Shown: positions 27,761 through 42,600 of the stretch, piece by piece
How the letters are laid out: each line of letters opens with the position of its first letter
Numbering within the stretch: position 1 is the first letter of the stretch
NCBI GenBank assembly: GCA_964057225.1
Contig: OZ059894.1
Span: forward strand, 4,464,001 to 4,528,000
Length of the DNA stretch: 64,000 bases
Origin: Auanema rhodensis
Taxonomy: Eukaryota; Animalia; Nematoda
Direction: 5' to 3'
Notes under the pieces: model-generated
Told to the model about the DNA's origin: nothing
What the model saw: only the letters and a program-made list of their open reading frames with translations
Databases searched by the model: none
Made by a program: the position numbers and the translations under genes

Positions 27761-29290
27761 GTCCATCGTCTTTGCCATGAAAAAAGGAATCTAAAAACAT
27801 CTACTTTTTGCTAAATTATTTTGAAATTTTTCGAAAAAATTTTTGTCAAAATGTTTTTGGAAGCAATGTTGAGTGTACATGGAAACTCAACATACACTAA
27901 TGCATCATTTTTCAAACGATCATAACTAATTTTTGTATTAAGCGTTTCTCAATGTAGTATAGTGCATTCGATGCAGATTTTTAAGCTGCGTCGATCTGTG
28001 TTATCAGATTTGCGCTAGCTTAAAAATGCACCGAGATATCAACTGATATAAGTTCACACTTATATCCTCGATTTTCACCCTGAAGGAATAATTTTTTCGT
28101 TGAATAACATTGTCCATCGTCTTTGCCTTGAAAAATGGAATCTAAAAACATCTACTTTTTGCTAAATTATTCTGAAATTTTTCGAAAAAATTTTTGTCAA
28201 AATGTTTTTGGAAGCAATGTTGAGTGTACATGGAAACTCAACTTACACTAATGCATCATTTTTCAAACGATCATAACTAATTTTTGTATCAAGCGTTTCT
28301 CAATGTAGTTTAGTGCATTCGATGCGGATTTTTAAGCTGCGTCGATCTGTGTTATCAGATTTGCGCTAGCTTAAAAATGCACCGAGATATCAACTGATAT
28401 AAGTTCACACTTCCTGAAGGAATGATTTTTTCGTTGAATAAAATTGTCCATCGTCTTTGCCATGAAAAAAGGAATCTAAAAACATCTACTTTTCGCTAAA
28501 TTATTTTGAAATTTTTCGAAAAAATTTTTGTCAAAATGTTTTTGGAAGCATTGTTGAGTGTACATGGAAACTCAACATACACTAATGCATCATTTTTCAA
28601 ACGATCATAACTAATTTTTGTATTAAGCGTTTCTCAATGTAGTATAGTGCATTCGATGCGGATTTTTAAGCTGCGTCGATCTGTGTTATCAGATTTGCGC
28701 TAGCTTAAAAATGCACCGAGATATCAACTGATATAAGTTCACACTTATATCCTCGATTTTCACCCTGAAGGAATAATTTTTTTTGTTGAATAACATTGTC
28801 CATCGTCTTTGCCTTGAAAAATGGAATCTAAAAACATCTACTTTTTGCTAAATTATTTTGAAATTTTTCGAAAAAATTTTTGTCAAAATGTTTTTGGAAG
28901 CAATGTTGAGTGTACATGGAAACTCAACATACACTAATGCATCATTTTTCAAACGATCATAACTAATTTTTGTATCAAGCGTTTCTCAATGTAGTTTAGT
29001 GCATTCGATGCGGATTTTTAAGCTGCGTCGATCTGTGTTATCAGATGTGCGCTAGCTTAAAAATGCACCGAGATATCAACTGATATAAGTTCACACTTAT
29101 ATCCTCGATTTTCACCCTGAAGGAATAATTTTTTCGTTGAATAACATTGTCCATCGTCTTTGCCTTGAAAAAAGGAATCTAAAAACATCTACTTTTCGCT
29201 AAATTATTTTGAAATTTTTCGAAAAAATTTTTGTCAAAATGTTTTTGGAAGCAATGTTGAGTGTACATGGAAACTCAACATACACTAATG

Positions 29291-32200
29291 CATCATTTTT
29301 CAAACGATCATAACTAATTTTTGTATTAAGCGTTCTTCCATGTAGTATAGTGCATTCGATGCGGATTTTTAAGCTGCGTCGATCTGTGTTATCAGATTTG
29401 CGCTAGCTTAAAAATGTACCGAGATATCAACTGATATAAGTTCACACTTATATCCTCGATTTTCACCCTGAAGAATTAATTTTTTCGTTGAATAACATTG
29501 TCCATCGTCTTTGCCTTGAAAAAAGGAATCTAAAAACATCTACTTTTCGCTAAATTATTTTGAAATTTTTCGAAAAAATTTTTGTCAAAATGTTTTTGGA
29601 AGCAATGTTGAGTGTACATGGAAACTCAACATACACTAATGCATCATTTTTCAAACGATCATAACTAATTTTTGTATTAAGCGTTTCTCAATGTAGTTTA
29701 GTGCATTCGATGCGGATTTTTTAGCTGCGTCGATCTGTGTTATCAGATTTGCGCTAGCTTAAAAATGTACCGAGATATCAACTGATATAAGTTCACACTT
29801 ATATCCTCGATTTTCACCCTGAAGAATTAATTTTTTCGTTGAATAACATTGTCCATCGTCTTTGCCTTGAAAAAAGGAATCTAAAAACATCTACTTTTCG
29901 CTAAATTATTTTGAAATTTTTCGAAAAAATTTTTGTCAAAATGTTTTTGGAAGCAATGTTGAGTGTACATGGAAACTCAACATACACTAATGCATCATTT
30001 TTCAAACGATCATAACTAATTTTTGTATTAAGCGTTTCTCAATGTAGTATAGTGCATTCGATGCGGATTTTTAAGCTGCGTCGATCTGTGTTATCAGATT
30101 TGCGCTAGCTTAAAAATGCACCGAGATATCAACTGATATAAGTTCACACTTATATCCTCGATTTTCACCCTGAAGAATTAATTTTTTTGTTGAATAACAT
30201 CGTCTATCGTCTTTGCCTTGAAAAAAGGAATCTAAAAACATCTACTTTTTGCTAAATTATTTTGAAATTTTTCGAAAAAATTTTTGTCAAAATGTTTTTG
30301 GAAGCAATGTTGAGTGTACATGGAAACTCAACATACACTAATGCATCATTTTTCAAACGATCATAACTAATTTTTGTATTGAGCGTTTCTCAATGTAGTA
30401 TAGTGCATTCGATCCGGATTTTTAAGCTGCGTCGATCTGTGTTATCAGATTTGCGCTAGCTTAAAAATGCACCGAGATATCAACTGATATAAGTTCACAC
30501 TTATATCCTCGATTTTCACCCTGAAGAATTAATTTTTTCGTTGAATAACATTGTCCATCGTCTTTGCCTTGAAAAAAGGGATTTAAAAACATCTACTTTT
30601 TGCTAAATTATTTTGAAATTTTTCGAAAAAATTTTTGTCAAAATGTTTTTGGAAGCAATGTTGAGTGTACATGGAAACTCAACATACACTAATGCATCAT
30701 TTTTCAAACGATCATAACTAATTTTTGTATTAAGCGTTTCTCAATGTAGTATAGTGCATTCGATGCAGATTTTTAAGCTGCGTCGATCTGTGTTATCAGA
30801 TTTGCGCTAGCTTAAAAATGCACCGAGATATCAACTGATATAAGTTCACACTTATATCCTCGATTTTCACCCTGAAGGAATAATTTTTTCGTTGAATAAC
30901 ATTGTCCATCGTCTTTGCCTTGAAAAATGGAATCTAAAAACATCTACTTTTTGCTAAATTATTCTGAAATTTTTCGAAAAAATTTTTGTCAAAATGTTTT
31001 TGGAAGCAATGTTGAGTGTACATGGAAACTCAACATACACTAATGCATCATTTTTCAAACGATCATAACTAATTTTTGTATCAAGCGTTTCTCAATGTAG
31101 TTTAGTGCATTCGATGCGGATTTTTAAGCTGCGTCGATCTGTGTTATCAGATTTGCGCTAGCTTAAAAATGCACCGAGATATCAACTGATATAAGTTCAC
31201 ACTTCCTGAAGGAATGATTTTTTCGTTGAATAAAATTGTCCATCGTCTTTGCCATGAAAAAAGGAATCTAAAAACATCTACTTTTCGCTAAATTATTTTG
31301 AAATTTTTCGAAAAAATTTTTGTCAAAATGTTTTTGGAAGCATTGTTGAGTGTACATGGAAACTCAACATACACTAATGCATCATTTTTCAAACGATCAT
31401 AACTAATTTTTGTATTAAGCGTTTCTCAATGTAGTATAGTGCATTCGATGCGGATTTTTAAGCTGCGTCGATCTGTGTTATCAGATTTGCGCTAGCTTAA
31501 AAATGCACCGAGATATCAACTGATATAAGTTCACACTTATATCCTCGATTTTCACCCTGAAGGAATAATTTTTTTTGTTGAATAACATTGTCCATCGTCT
31601 TTGCCTTGAAAAATGGAATCTAAAAACATCTACTTTTTGCTAAATTATTTTGAAATTTTTCGAAAAAATTTTTGTCAAAATGTTTTTGGAAGCAATGTTG
31701 AGTGTACATGGAAACTCAACATACACTAATGCATCATTTTTCAAACGATCATAACTAATTTTTGTATCAAGCGTTTCTCAATGTAGTTTAGTGCATTCGA
31801 TGCGGATTTTTAAGCTGCGTCGATCTGTGTTATCAGATGTGCGCTAGCTTAAAAATGCACCGAGATATCAACTGATATAAGTTCACACTTATATCCTCGA
31901 TTTTCACCCTGAAGGAATAATTTTTTCGTTGAATAACATTGTCCATCGTCTTTGCCTTGAAAAAGGAATCTAAGAACGTTTACTTTTTGCTAAATTATTT
32001 TGAAATTTTTCGAAAAAATTTTTGTCAAAATGTTTTTGGAAGCAATGTTGAGTGTACATGGAAACTCAACATACACTAATGCATCATTTTTCAAACGATC
32101 ATAACTAATTTTTGTATCAAGCGTTTCTCAATGTAATATAGTGCATTCGATGCGGATTTTTAAGCTGCGTCGATCTGTGTTATCAGATTTGCGCTAGCTT

Positions 32201-35200
32201 AAAAATGCACCGAGATATCAACTGATATAAGTTCACACTTATATCCTCGATTTTCACCCTGAAGAATTAATTTTTTCGTTGAATAACATTGTCCATCGTC
32301 TTTGCCTTGAAAAATGAAATCTAAAAACATCTACTTTTTGCTAAATTATTTTGAAATTTTTCGAAAAAATTTTTGTCAAAATGTTTTTGGATGCAATGTT
32401 GAGTGTACATGGAAACTCAACATACACTAATGCATCATTTTTCAAACGATCATAACTAATTTTTGTATTGAGCGTTTCTCAATGTAGTATAGTGCATTCG
32501 ATCCGGATTTTTAAGCTGCGTCGATCTGTGTTATCAGATTTGCGCTAGCTTAAAAATGCACCGAGATATCAACTGATATAAGTTCACACTTATATCCTCG
32601 ATTTTCACCCTGAAGAATTAATTTTTTCGTTGAATAACATTGTCCATCGTCTTTGCCTTGAAAAAAGGAATTTAAAAACATCTACTTTTTGCTAAATTAT
32701 TTTGAAATTTTTCGAAAAAATTTTTGTCAAAATGTTTTTGGAAGCAATGTTGAGTGTACATGGAAACTCAACATACACTAATGCATCATTTTTCAAACGA
32801 TCATAACTAATTTTTGTATCAAGCGTTTCTCAATGTAGTTTAGTGCATTCGATGCGGATTTTTAAGCTGCGTCGATCTGTGTTATCAGATGTGCGCTAGC
32901 TTAAAAATGCACCGAGATATCAACTGATATAAGTTCACACTTATATCCTCGATTTTCACCCTGAAGGAATAATTTTTTCGTTGAATAACATTGTCCATCG
33001 TCTTTGCCTTGAAAAATGAAATCTAAAAACATCTACTTTTTGCTAAATTATTTTGAAATTTTTCGAAAAAATTTTTGTCAAAATGTTTTTGGAAGCAATG
33101 TTGAGTGTACATGGAAACTCAACATACACTAATGCATCATTTTTCAAACGATCATAACTAATTTTTGTATTGAGCGTTTCTCAATGTAGTATAGTGCATT
33201 CGATCCGGATTTTTAAGCTGCGTCGATCTGTGTTATCAGATTTGCGCTAGCTTAAAAATGCACCGAGATATCAACTGATATAAGTTCACACTTATATCCT
33301 CGATTTTCACCCTGAAGAATTAATTTTTTCGTTGAATAACATTGTCCATCGTCTTTGCCTTGAAAAAAGGAATCTAAAAACGTCTACTTTTTGCTAAATT
33401 ATTTTGAAATTTTTCGAAAAAATTTTTGTCAAAATGTTTTTGGAAGCAATGTTGAGTGTACATGAAAACTCAACATACACTAATGCATCATTTTTCAAAC
33501 GATCATAACTAATTTTTGTATCAAGCGTTTCTCAATGTAGTATAGTGCATTCGATGCGGATTTTTGAGCTGCTTCGATCTGTGGTATCAGATTTGCGCTA
33601 GCTTAAAAATGCACCGAGATATCAACTGATATAAGTTCACACTTATATCCTCGATTTTCACCCTGAAGAATTAATTTTTTCGTTGAATAACATTGTCCAT
33701 CGTCTTTGCCTTGAGAAATGGAATCTAAAAACATCTACTTTTTGCTAAATTATTTTGAAATTTTTCGAAAAAATTTTTGTCAAAATGTTTTTGGAAGCAA
33801 TGTTGAGTGTACATGGAAACTCAACATACACTAATGCATCATTTTTCAAACGATCATAACTAATTTTTGTATCAAGCGTTTCTCAATGTAGTATAGTGCA
33901 TTCGATGCGGATTTTTAAGCTGCGTCGATCTGTGTTATCAGATTTGCGCTAGCTTAAAAATGCACCGAGATATCAACTGATATAAGTTCACACTTATATC
34001 CTCGATTTTCACCCTGAAGAATTAATTTTTTCGTTGAATAACATTGTCCATCGTCTTTGCCTTGAAAAAAGGAATCTAAAAACGTCTACTTTTTGCTAAA
34101 TTATTTTGAAATTTTTCGAAAAAATTTTTGTCAAAATGTTTTTGGAAGCAATGTTGAGTGTACATGAAAACTCAACATACACTAATGCATCATTTTTCAA
34201 ACGATCATAACTAATTTTTGTATCAAGCGTTTCTCAATGTAGTATAGTGCATTCGATGCGGATTTTTGAGCTGCTTCGATCTGTGGTATCAGATTTGCGC
34301 TAGCTTAAAAATGCACCGAGATATCAACTGATATAAGTTCACACTTATATCCTCGATTTTCACCCTGAAGAATTAATTTTTTCGTTGAATAACATTGTCC
34401 ATCGTCTTTGCCTTGAGAAATGGAATCTAAAAACATCTACTTTTTGCTAAATTATTTTGAAATTTTTCGAAAAAATTTTTGTCAAAATGTTTTTGGAAGC
34501 AATGTTGAGTGTACATGGAAACTCAACATACACTAATGCATCATTTTTCAAACGATCATAACTAATTTTTGTATCAAGCGTTTCTCAATGTAGTATAGTG
34601 CATTCGATGCGGATTTTTAAGCTGCGTCGATCTGTGTTATCAGATTTGCGCTAGCTTAAAAATGCACCGAGATATCAACTGATATAAGTTCACACTTATA
34701 TCCTCGATTTTCACCCTGAAGAATTAATTTTTTCGTTGAATAACATTGTCCATCGTCTTTGCCTTGAAAAAAGGAATCTAAAAACATCTACTTTTTGCTA
34801 AATTATTTTGAAATTTTTCGAAAAAATTTTTGTCAAAATGTTTTTGGAAGCAATGTTGAGTGTACATGGAAACTCAACATACACTAATGCATCATTTTTC
34901 AAACGATCATAACTAATTTTTGTATTGAGCGTTTCTCAATGTAGTATAGTGCATTCGATGCGGATTTTTAAGCTGCGTCGATCTGTGTTATCAGATTTGC
35001 GCTAGCTTAAAAATGCACCGAGATATCAACTGATATAAGTTCACACTTATATCCTCGATTTTCACCCTGAAGAATTAATTTTTTCGTTGAATAACATTGT
35101 CCATCGTCTTTGCCTTGAAAAATGGAATCTAAAAACATCTACTTTTTGCTAAATTATTTTGAAATTTTTCGAAAAAATTTTTGTCAAAATGTTTTTGGAA

Positions 35201-36644
35201 GCATTGTTGAGTGTACATGGAAACTCAACATACACTAATGCATCATTTTTCAAACGATCATAACTAATTTTTGTATTGAGCGTTTCTCAATGTAGTATAG
35301 TGCATTCGATGCGGATTTTTGAGCTGCGTCGATCTGTGTTATCAGATTTGCGCTAGCTTAAAAATGCACCGAGATATCAACTGATACAAGTTCACACTTA
35401 TATCCTCGATTTTCACCCTGAAGAATTAATTTTTTCGTTGAATAACATTGTCCATCGTCTTTGCCTTGAATAAAGGAATCTAAAAACATCTACTTTTTGC
35501 TAAATTATTTTGAAATTTTTCGAAAAAATTTTTGTCAAAATGTTTTTGGAAGCAATGTTGAGTGTACATGGAAACTCAACATACACTAATGCATCATTTT
35601 TCAAACGATCATAACTAATTTTTGTATTAAGCGTTTCTCAATGTAGTATAGTGCATTCGATGCGGATTCTTAAGCTGCGTCGATCTGTGTTATCAGATGT
35701 GCGCTAGCTTAAAAATGCACCGAGATATCAACTGATATAAGTTCACACTTATATCCTCGATTTTCACCCTGAAGGAATAATTTTTTCGTTGAATAACATT
35801 GTCCATCGTCTTTGCCTTGAAAAAAGGAATCTAAAAACATCTACTTTTCGCTAAATTATTTTGAAATTTTTCGAAAAAATTTTTGTCAAAATGTTTTTGG
35901 AAGCATTGTTGAGTGTACATGGAAACTCAACATACACTAATGCATCATTTTTCAAACGATCATAACTAATTTTTGTATTGAGCGTTTCTCAATGTAGTAT
36001 AGTGCATTCGATCCGGATTTTTAAGCTGCGTCGATCTGTGTTATCAGATTTGCGCTAGCTTAAAAATGCACCGAGATATCAACTGATATAAGTTCACACT
36101 TATATCCTCGATTTTCACCCTGAAGAATTAATTTTTTCGTTGAATAACATTGTCCATCGTCTTTGCCTTGAAAAAAGGAATCTAAAAACATCTACTTTTT
36201 GCTAAATTATTTTGAAATTTTCCGAAAAAATTTTTGTCAAAATGTTTTTGGAAGCAATGTTGAGTGTACATGGAAACTCAACATACACTAATGCATCATT
36301 TTTCAAACGATCATAACTAATTTTTGTATTAAGCGTTTCTCAATGTAGTATAGTGCATTCGATGCGGATTCTTAAGCTGCGTCGATCTGTGTTATCAGAT
36401 GTGCGCTAGCTTAAAAATGCACCGAGATATCAACTGATATAAGTTCACACTTATATCCTCGATTTTCACCCTGAAGGAATAATTTTTTCGTTGAATAACA
36501 TTGTCCATCGTCTTTGCCTTGAAAAAAGGAATCTAAAAACATCTACTTTTCGCTAAATTATTTTGAAATTTTTCGAAAAAATTTTTGTCAAAATGTTTTT
36601 GGAAGCAATGTTGAGTGTACATGGAAACTCAACATACACTAATG
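29291..36644. repeat. Mixed A/B transition zone (monomers 85-105)
   Basis: First GAAGAATT at about 29470; A-type GAAGGAAT returns at about 30875-31920, 32965, 35773 and last at 36471-36480. Many rare variants. Confidence 0.85.
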
Positions 36645-39600
36645 CATCATTTTTCAAACGATCATAACTAATTTTTGTATTAAGCGTTCTTCCATGTAGT
36701 ATAGTGCATTCGATGCGGATTTTTAAGCTGCGTCGATCTGTGTTATCAGATTTGCGCTAGCTTAAAAATGTACCGAGATATCAACTGATATAAGTTCACA
36801 CTTATATCCTCGATTTTCACCCTGAAGAATTAATTTTTTCGTTGAATAACATTGTCCATCGTCTTTGCCTTGAAAAAAGGAATCTAAAAACATCTACTTT
36901 TCGCTAAATTATTTTGAAATTTTTCGAAAAAATTTTTGTCAAAATGTTTTTGGAAGCAATGTTGAGTGTACATGGAAACTCAACATACACTAATGCATCA
37001 TTTTTCAAACGATCATAACTAATTTTTGTATTAAGCGTTTCTCAATGTAGTTTAGTGCATTCGATGCGGATTTTTTAGCTGCGTCGATCTGTGTTATCAG
37101 ATTTGCGCTAGCTTAAAAATGTACCGAGATATCAACTGATATAAGTTCACACTTATATCCTCGATTTTCACCCTGAAGAATTAATTTTTTCGTTGAATAA
37201 CATTGTCCATCGTCTTTGCCTTGAAAAAAGGAATCTAAAAACATCTACTTTTCGCTAAATTATTTTGAAATTTTTCGAAAAAATTTTTGTCAAAATGTTT
37301 TTGGAAGCAATGTTGAGTGTACATGGAAACTCAACATACACTAATGCATCATTTTTCAAACGATCATAACTAATTTTTGTATTAAGCGTTTCTCAATGTA
37401 GTATAGTGCATTCGATGCGGATTTTTAAGCTGCGTCGATCTGTGTTATCAGATTTGCGCTAGCTTAAAAATGCACCGAGATATCAACTGATATAAGTTCA
37501 CACTTATATCCTCGATTTTCACCCTGAAGAATTAATTTTTTTGTTGAATAACATCGTCTATCGTCTTTGCCTTGAAAAAAGGAATCTAAAAACATCTACT
37601 TTTTGCTAAATTATTTTGAAATTTTTCGAAAAAATTTTTGTCAAAATGTTTTTGGAAGCAATGTTGAGTGTACATGGAAACTCAACATACACTAATGCAT
37701 CATTTTTCAAACGATCATAACTAATTTTTGTATTAAGCGTTCTTCCATGTAGTATAGTGCATTCGATGCGGATTTTTAAGCTGCGTCGATCTGTGTTATC
37801 AGATTTGCGCTAGCTTAAAAATGTACCGAGATATCAACTGATATAAGTTCACACTTATATCCTCGATTTTCACCCTGAAGAATTAATTTTTTCGTTGAAT
37901 AACATTGTCCATCGTCTTTGCCTTGAAAAAAGGAATCTAAAAACATCTACTTTTCGCTAAATTATTTTGAAATTTTTCGAAAAAATTTTTGTCAAAATGT
38001 TTTTGGAAGCAATGTTGAGTGTACATGGAAACTCAACATACACTAATGCATCATTTTTCAAACGATCATAACTAATTTTTGTATTAAGCGTTTCTCAATG
38101 TAGTATAGTGCATTCGATGCGGATTTTTAAGCTGCGTCGATCTGTGTTATCAGATTTGCGCTAGCTTAAAAATGCACCGAGATATCAACTGATATAAGTT
38201 CACACTTATATCCTCGATTTTCACCCTGAAGAATTAATTTTTTCGTTGAATAACATTGTCCATCGTCTTTGCCTTGAAAAAAGGAATCTAAAAACATCTA
38301 CTTTTCGCTAAATTATTTTGAAATTTTTCGAAAAAATTTTTGTCAAAATGTTTTTGGAAGCAATGTTGAGTGTACATGGAAACTCAACATACACTAATGC
38401 ATCATTTTTCAAACGATCATAACTAATTTTTGCATTAAGCGTTTCTCAATGTAGTTTAGTGCATTCGATGCGGATTTTTTAGCTGCGTCGATCTGTGTTA
38501 TCAGATTTGCGCTAGCTTAAAAATGTACCGAGATATCAACTGATATAAGTTCACACTTATATCCTCGATTTTCACCCTGAAGAATTAATTTTTTCGTTGA
38601 ATAACATTGTCCATCGTCTTTGCCTTGAAAAAAGGAATCTAAAAACATCTACTTTTCGCTAAATTATTTTGAAATTTTTCGAAAAAATTTTTGTCAAAAT
38701 GTTTTTGGAAGCAATGTTGAGTGTACATGGAAACTCAACATACACTAATGCATCATTTTTCAAACGATCATAACTAATTTTTGTATTAAGCGTTTCTCAA
38801 TGTAGTATAGTGCATTCGATGCGGATTTTTAAGCTGCGTCGATCTGTGTTATCAGATTTGCGCTAGCTTAAAAATGCACCGAGATATCAACTGATATAAG
38901 TTCACACTTATATCCTCGATTTTCACCCTGAAGAAATAATTTTTTCGTTGAATAACATTGTCCATCGTCTTTGCCTTGAAAAAAGGAATCTAAAAACATC
39001 TACTTTTCGCTAAATTATTTTGAAATTTTTCGAAAAAATTTTTGTCAAAATGTTTTTGGAAGCAATGTTGAGTGTACATGGAAACTCAACATACACTAAT
39101 GCATCATTTTTCAAACGATCATAACTAATTTTTGTATTAAGCGTTTCTCAATGTAGTATAGTGCATTCGATGCGGATTTTTAAGCTGCGTCGATCTGTGT
39201 TATCAGATTTGCGCTAGCTTAAAAATGCACCGAGATATCAACTGATATAAGTTCACACTTATATCCTCGATTTTCACCCTGAAGAAATAATTTTTTCGTT
39301 GAATAACATTGTCCATCGTCTTTGCCTTGAAAAAAGGAATCTAAAAACATCTACTTTTTGCTAAATTATTTTGAAATTTTTCGAAAAAATTTTTGTCAAA
39401 ATGTTTTTGGAAGCAATGTTGAGTGTACATGGAAACTCAACATACACTAATGCATCATTTTTCAAACGATCATAACTAATTTTTGTATTAAGCGTTTCTC
39501 AATGTAGTTTAGTGCATTCGATGCGGATTTTTTAGCTGCGTCGATCTGTGTTATCAGATTTGCGCTAGCTTAAAAATGTACCGAGATATCAACTGATATA

Positions 39601-42600
39601 AGTTCACACTTATATCCTCGATTTTCACCCTGAAGAATTAATTTTTTCGTTGAATAACATTGTCCATCGTCTTTGCCTTGAAAAAAGGAATCTAAAAACA
39701 TCTACTTTTCGCTAAATTATTCTGAAATTTTTCGAAAAAATTTTTGTCAAAATGTTTTTGGAAGCAATGTTGAGTGTACATGGAAACTCAACATACACTA
39801 ATGCATCATTTTTCAAACGATCATAACTAATTTTTGTATTAAGCGTTTCTCAATGTAGTATAGTGCATTCGATGCGGATTTTTAAGCTGCGTCGATCTGT
39901 GTTATCAGATTTGCGCTAGCTTAAAAATGCACCGAGATATCAACTGATATAAGTTCACACTTATATCCTCGATTTTCACCCTGAAGAAATAATTTTTTCG
40001 TTGAATAACATTGTCCATCGTCTTTGCCTTGAAAAAAGGAATCTAAAAACATCTACTTTTTGCTAAATTATTTTGAAATTTTTCGAAAAAATTTTTGTCA
40101 AAATGTTTTTGGAAGCAATGTTGAGTGTACATGGAAACTCAACATACACTAATGCATCATTTTTCAAACGATCATAACTAATTTTTGTATTAAGCGTTTC
40201 TCAATGTAGTATAGTGCATTCGATGCGGATTTTTAAGCTGCGTCGATCTGTGTTATCAGATTTGCGCTAGCTTAAAAATGCACCGAGATATCAACTGATA
40301 TAAGTTCACACTTATATCCTCGATTTTCACCCTGAAGAAATAATTTTTTCGTTGAATAACATTGTCCATCGTCTTTGCCTTGAAAAAAGGAATCTAAAAA
40401 CATCTACTTTTTGCTAAATTATTTTGAAATTTTTCGAAAAAATTTTTGTCAAAATGTTTTTGGAAGCAATGTTGAGTGTACATGGAAACTCAACATACAC
40501 TAATGCATCATTTTTCAAACGATCATAACTAATTTTTGTATTAAGCGTTTCTCAATGTAGTTTAGTGCATTCGATGCGGATTTTTTAGCTGCGTCGATCT
40601 GTGTTATCAGATTTGCGCTAGCTTAAAAATGTACCGAGATATCAACTGATATAAGTTCACACTTATATCCTCGATTTTCACCCTGAAGAATTAATTTTTT
40701 CGTTGAATAACATTGTCCATCGTCTTTGCCTTGAAAAAAGGAATCTAAAAACATCTACTTTTCGCTAAATTATTCTGAAATTTTTCGAAAAAATTTTTGT
40801 CAAAATGTTTTTGGAAGCAATGTTGAGTGTACATGGAAACTCAACATACACTAATGCATCATTTTTCAAACGATCATAACTAATTTTTGTATTAAGCGTT
40901 TCTCAATGTAGTATAGTGCATTCGATGCGGATTTTTAAGCTGCGTCGATCTGTGTTATCAGATTTGCGCTAGCTTAAAAATGCACCGAGATATCAACTGA
41001 TATAAGTTCACACTTATATCCTCGATTTTCACCCTGAAGAAATAATTTTTTCGTTGAATAACATCGTCCATCGTCTTTGCCTTGAAAAAAGAAATCTAAA
41101 AACATCTACTTTTTGCTAAATTATTTTGAAATTTTTCGAAAAAATTTTTGTCAAAATGTTTTTGGAAGCAATGTTGAGTGTACATGGAAACTCAACATAC
41201 ACTAATGCATCATTTTTCAAACGATCATAACTAATTTTTGTATCAAGCGTTTCTCAATGTAGTTTAGTGCATTCGATGCGGATTTTTAAGCTGCGTCGAT
41301 CTGTGTTATCAGATTTGCGCTAGCTTAAAAATGCACCGAGATATCAACTGATATAAGTTCACACTTATATCCTCGATTTTCACCCTGAAGAATTAATTTT
41401 TTCGTTGAATAACATTGTCCATCGTCTTTGCCTTGAAAAAAGGAATCTAAAAACATCTACTTTTTGCTAAATTATTTTGAAATTTTTCGAAAAAATTTTT
41501 GTCAAAATGTTTTTGGAAGCGATGTTGAGTGTACATGGAAACTCAACATACACTAATGCATCATTTTTCAAACGATCATAACTAATTTTTGTATTAAGCG
41601 TTTCTCAATGTAGTATAGTGCATTCGATGCGGATTTTTTAGCTGCGTCGATCTGTGTTATCAGATTTGCGCTAGCTTAAAAATGTACCGAGATATCAACT
41701 GATATAAGTTCACACTTATATCCTCGATTTTCACCCTGAAGAATTAATTTTTTCGTTGAATAACATTGTCCATCGTCTTTGCCTTGAAAAAAGGAATCTA
41801 AAAACATCTACTTTTCGCTAAATTATTTTGAAATTTTTCGAAAAAATTTTTGTCAAAATGTTTTTGGAAGCAATGTTGAGTGTACATGGAAACTCAACAT
41901 ACACTAATGCATCATTTTTCAAACGATCATAACTAATTTTTGTATTAAGCGTTTCTCAATGTAGTATAGTGCATTCGATGCGGATTTTTAAGCTGCGTCG
42001 ATCTGTGTTATCAGATTTGCGCTAGCTTAAAAATGCACCGAGATATCAACTGATATAAGTTCACACTTATATCCTCGATTTTCACCCTGAAGAATTAATT
42101 TTTTCGTTGAATAACATTGTTTATCGTCTTTGCCTTGAAAAAAGGAATCTAAAAACATCTACTTTTTGCTGAATTATTTTGAAATTTTTCGAAAACATTT
42201 TTGTCAAAATGTTTTTGGAAGCGATGTTGAGTGTACATGGAAACTCAACATACACTAATGCATCATTTTTCAAACGATCATAACTAATTTTTGTATTAAG
42301 CGTTTCTCAATGTAGTATAGTGCATTCGATGCGGATTTTTTAGCTGCGTCGATCTGTGTTATCAGATTTGCGCTAGCTTAAAAATGTACCGAGATATCAA
42401 CTGATATAAGTTCACACTTATATCCTCGATTTTCACCCTGAAGAATTAATTTTTTCGTTGAATAACATTGTCCATCGTCTTTGCCTTGAAAAAAGGAATC
42501 TAAAAACATCTACTTTTCGCTAAATTATTTTGAAATTTTTCGAAAAAATTTTTGTCAAAATGTTTTTGGAAGCAATGTTGAGTGTACATGGAAACTCAAC

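Larger units (their letters stand above)
1..29290. repeat. Subfamily A domain (monomers 1-84), diagnostic CCCTGAAGGAAT(A/G)A
   Basis: All copies before 29471 read GAAGGAAT. It contains 12 of the 13 deletion monomers and most CCATGAAAAAAGG and T8 (AATAATTTTTTTTGTTG) variants. Confidence 0.9.

Noticed and set aside
29468-29632. Hammerhead ribozyme, as in newt, schistosome and cricket satellites: B copies contain CTGAAGA (CUGANGA) and GAAAC with a stem-III-like helix
   Set aside because: I could not form stems I and II around the core, the cleavage triplet would be GUG rather than NUH, and A copies lack CUGANGA. An Infernal search with Rfam hammerhead models on a dimer would settle it.
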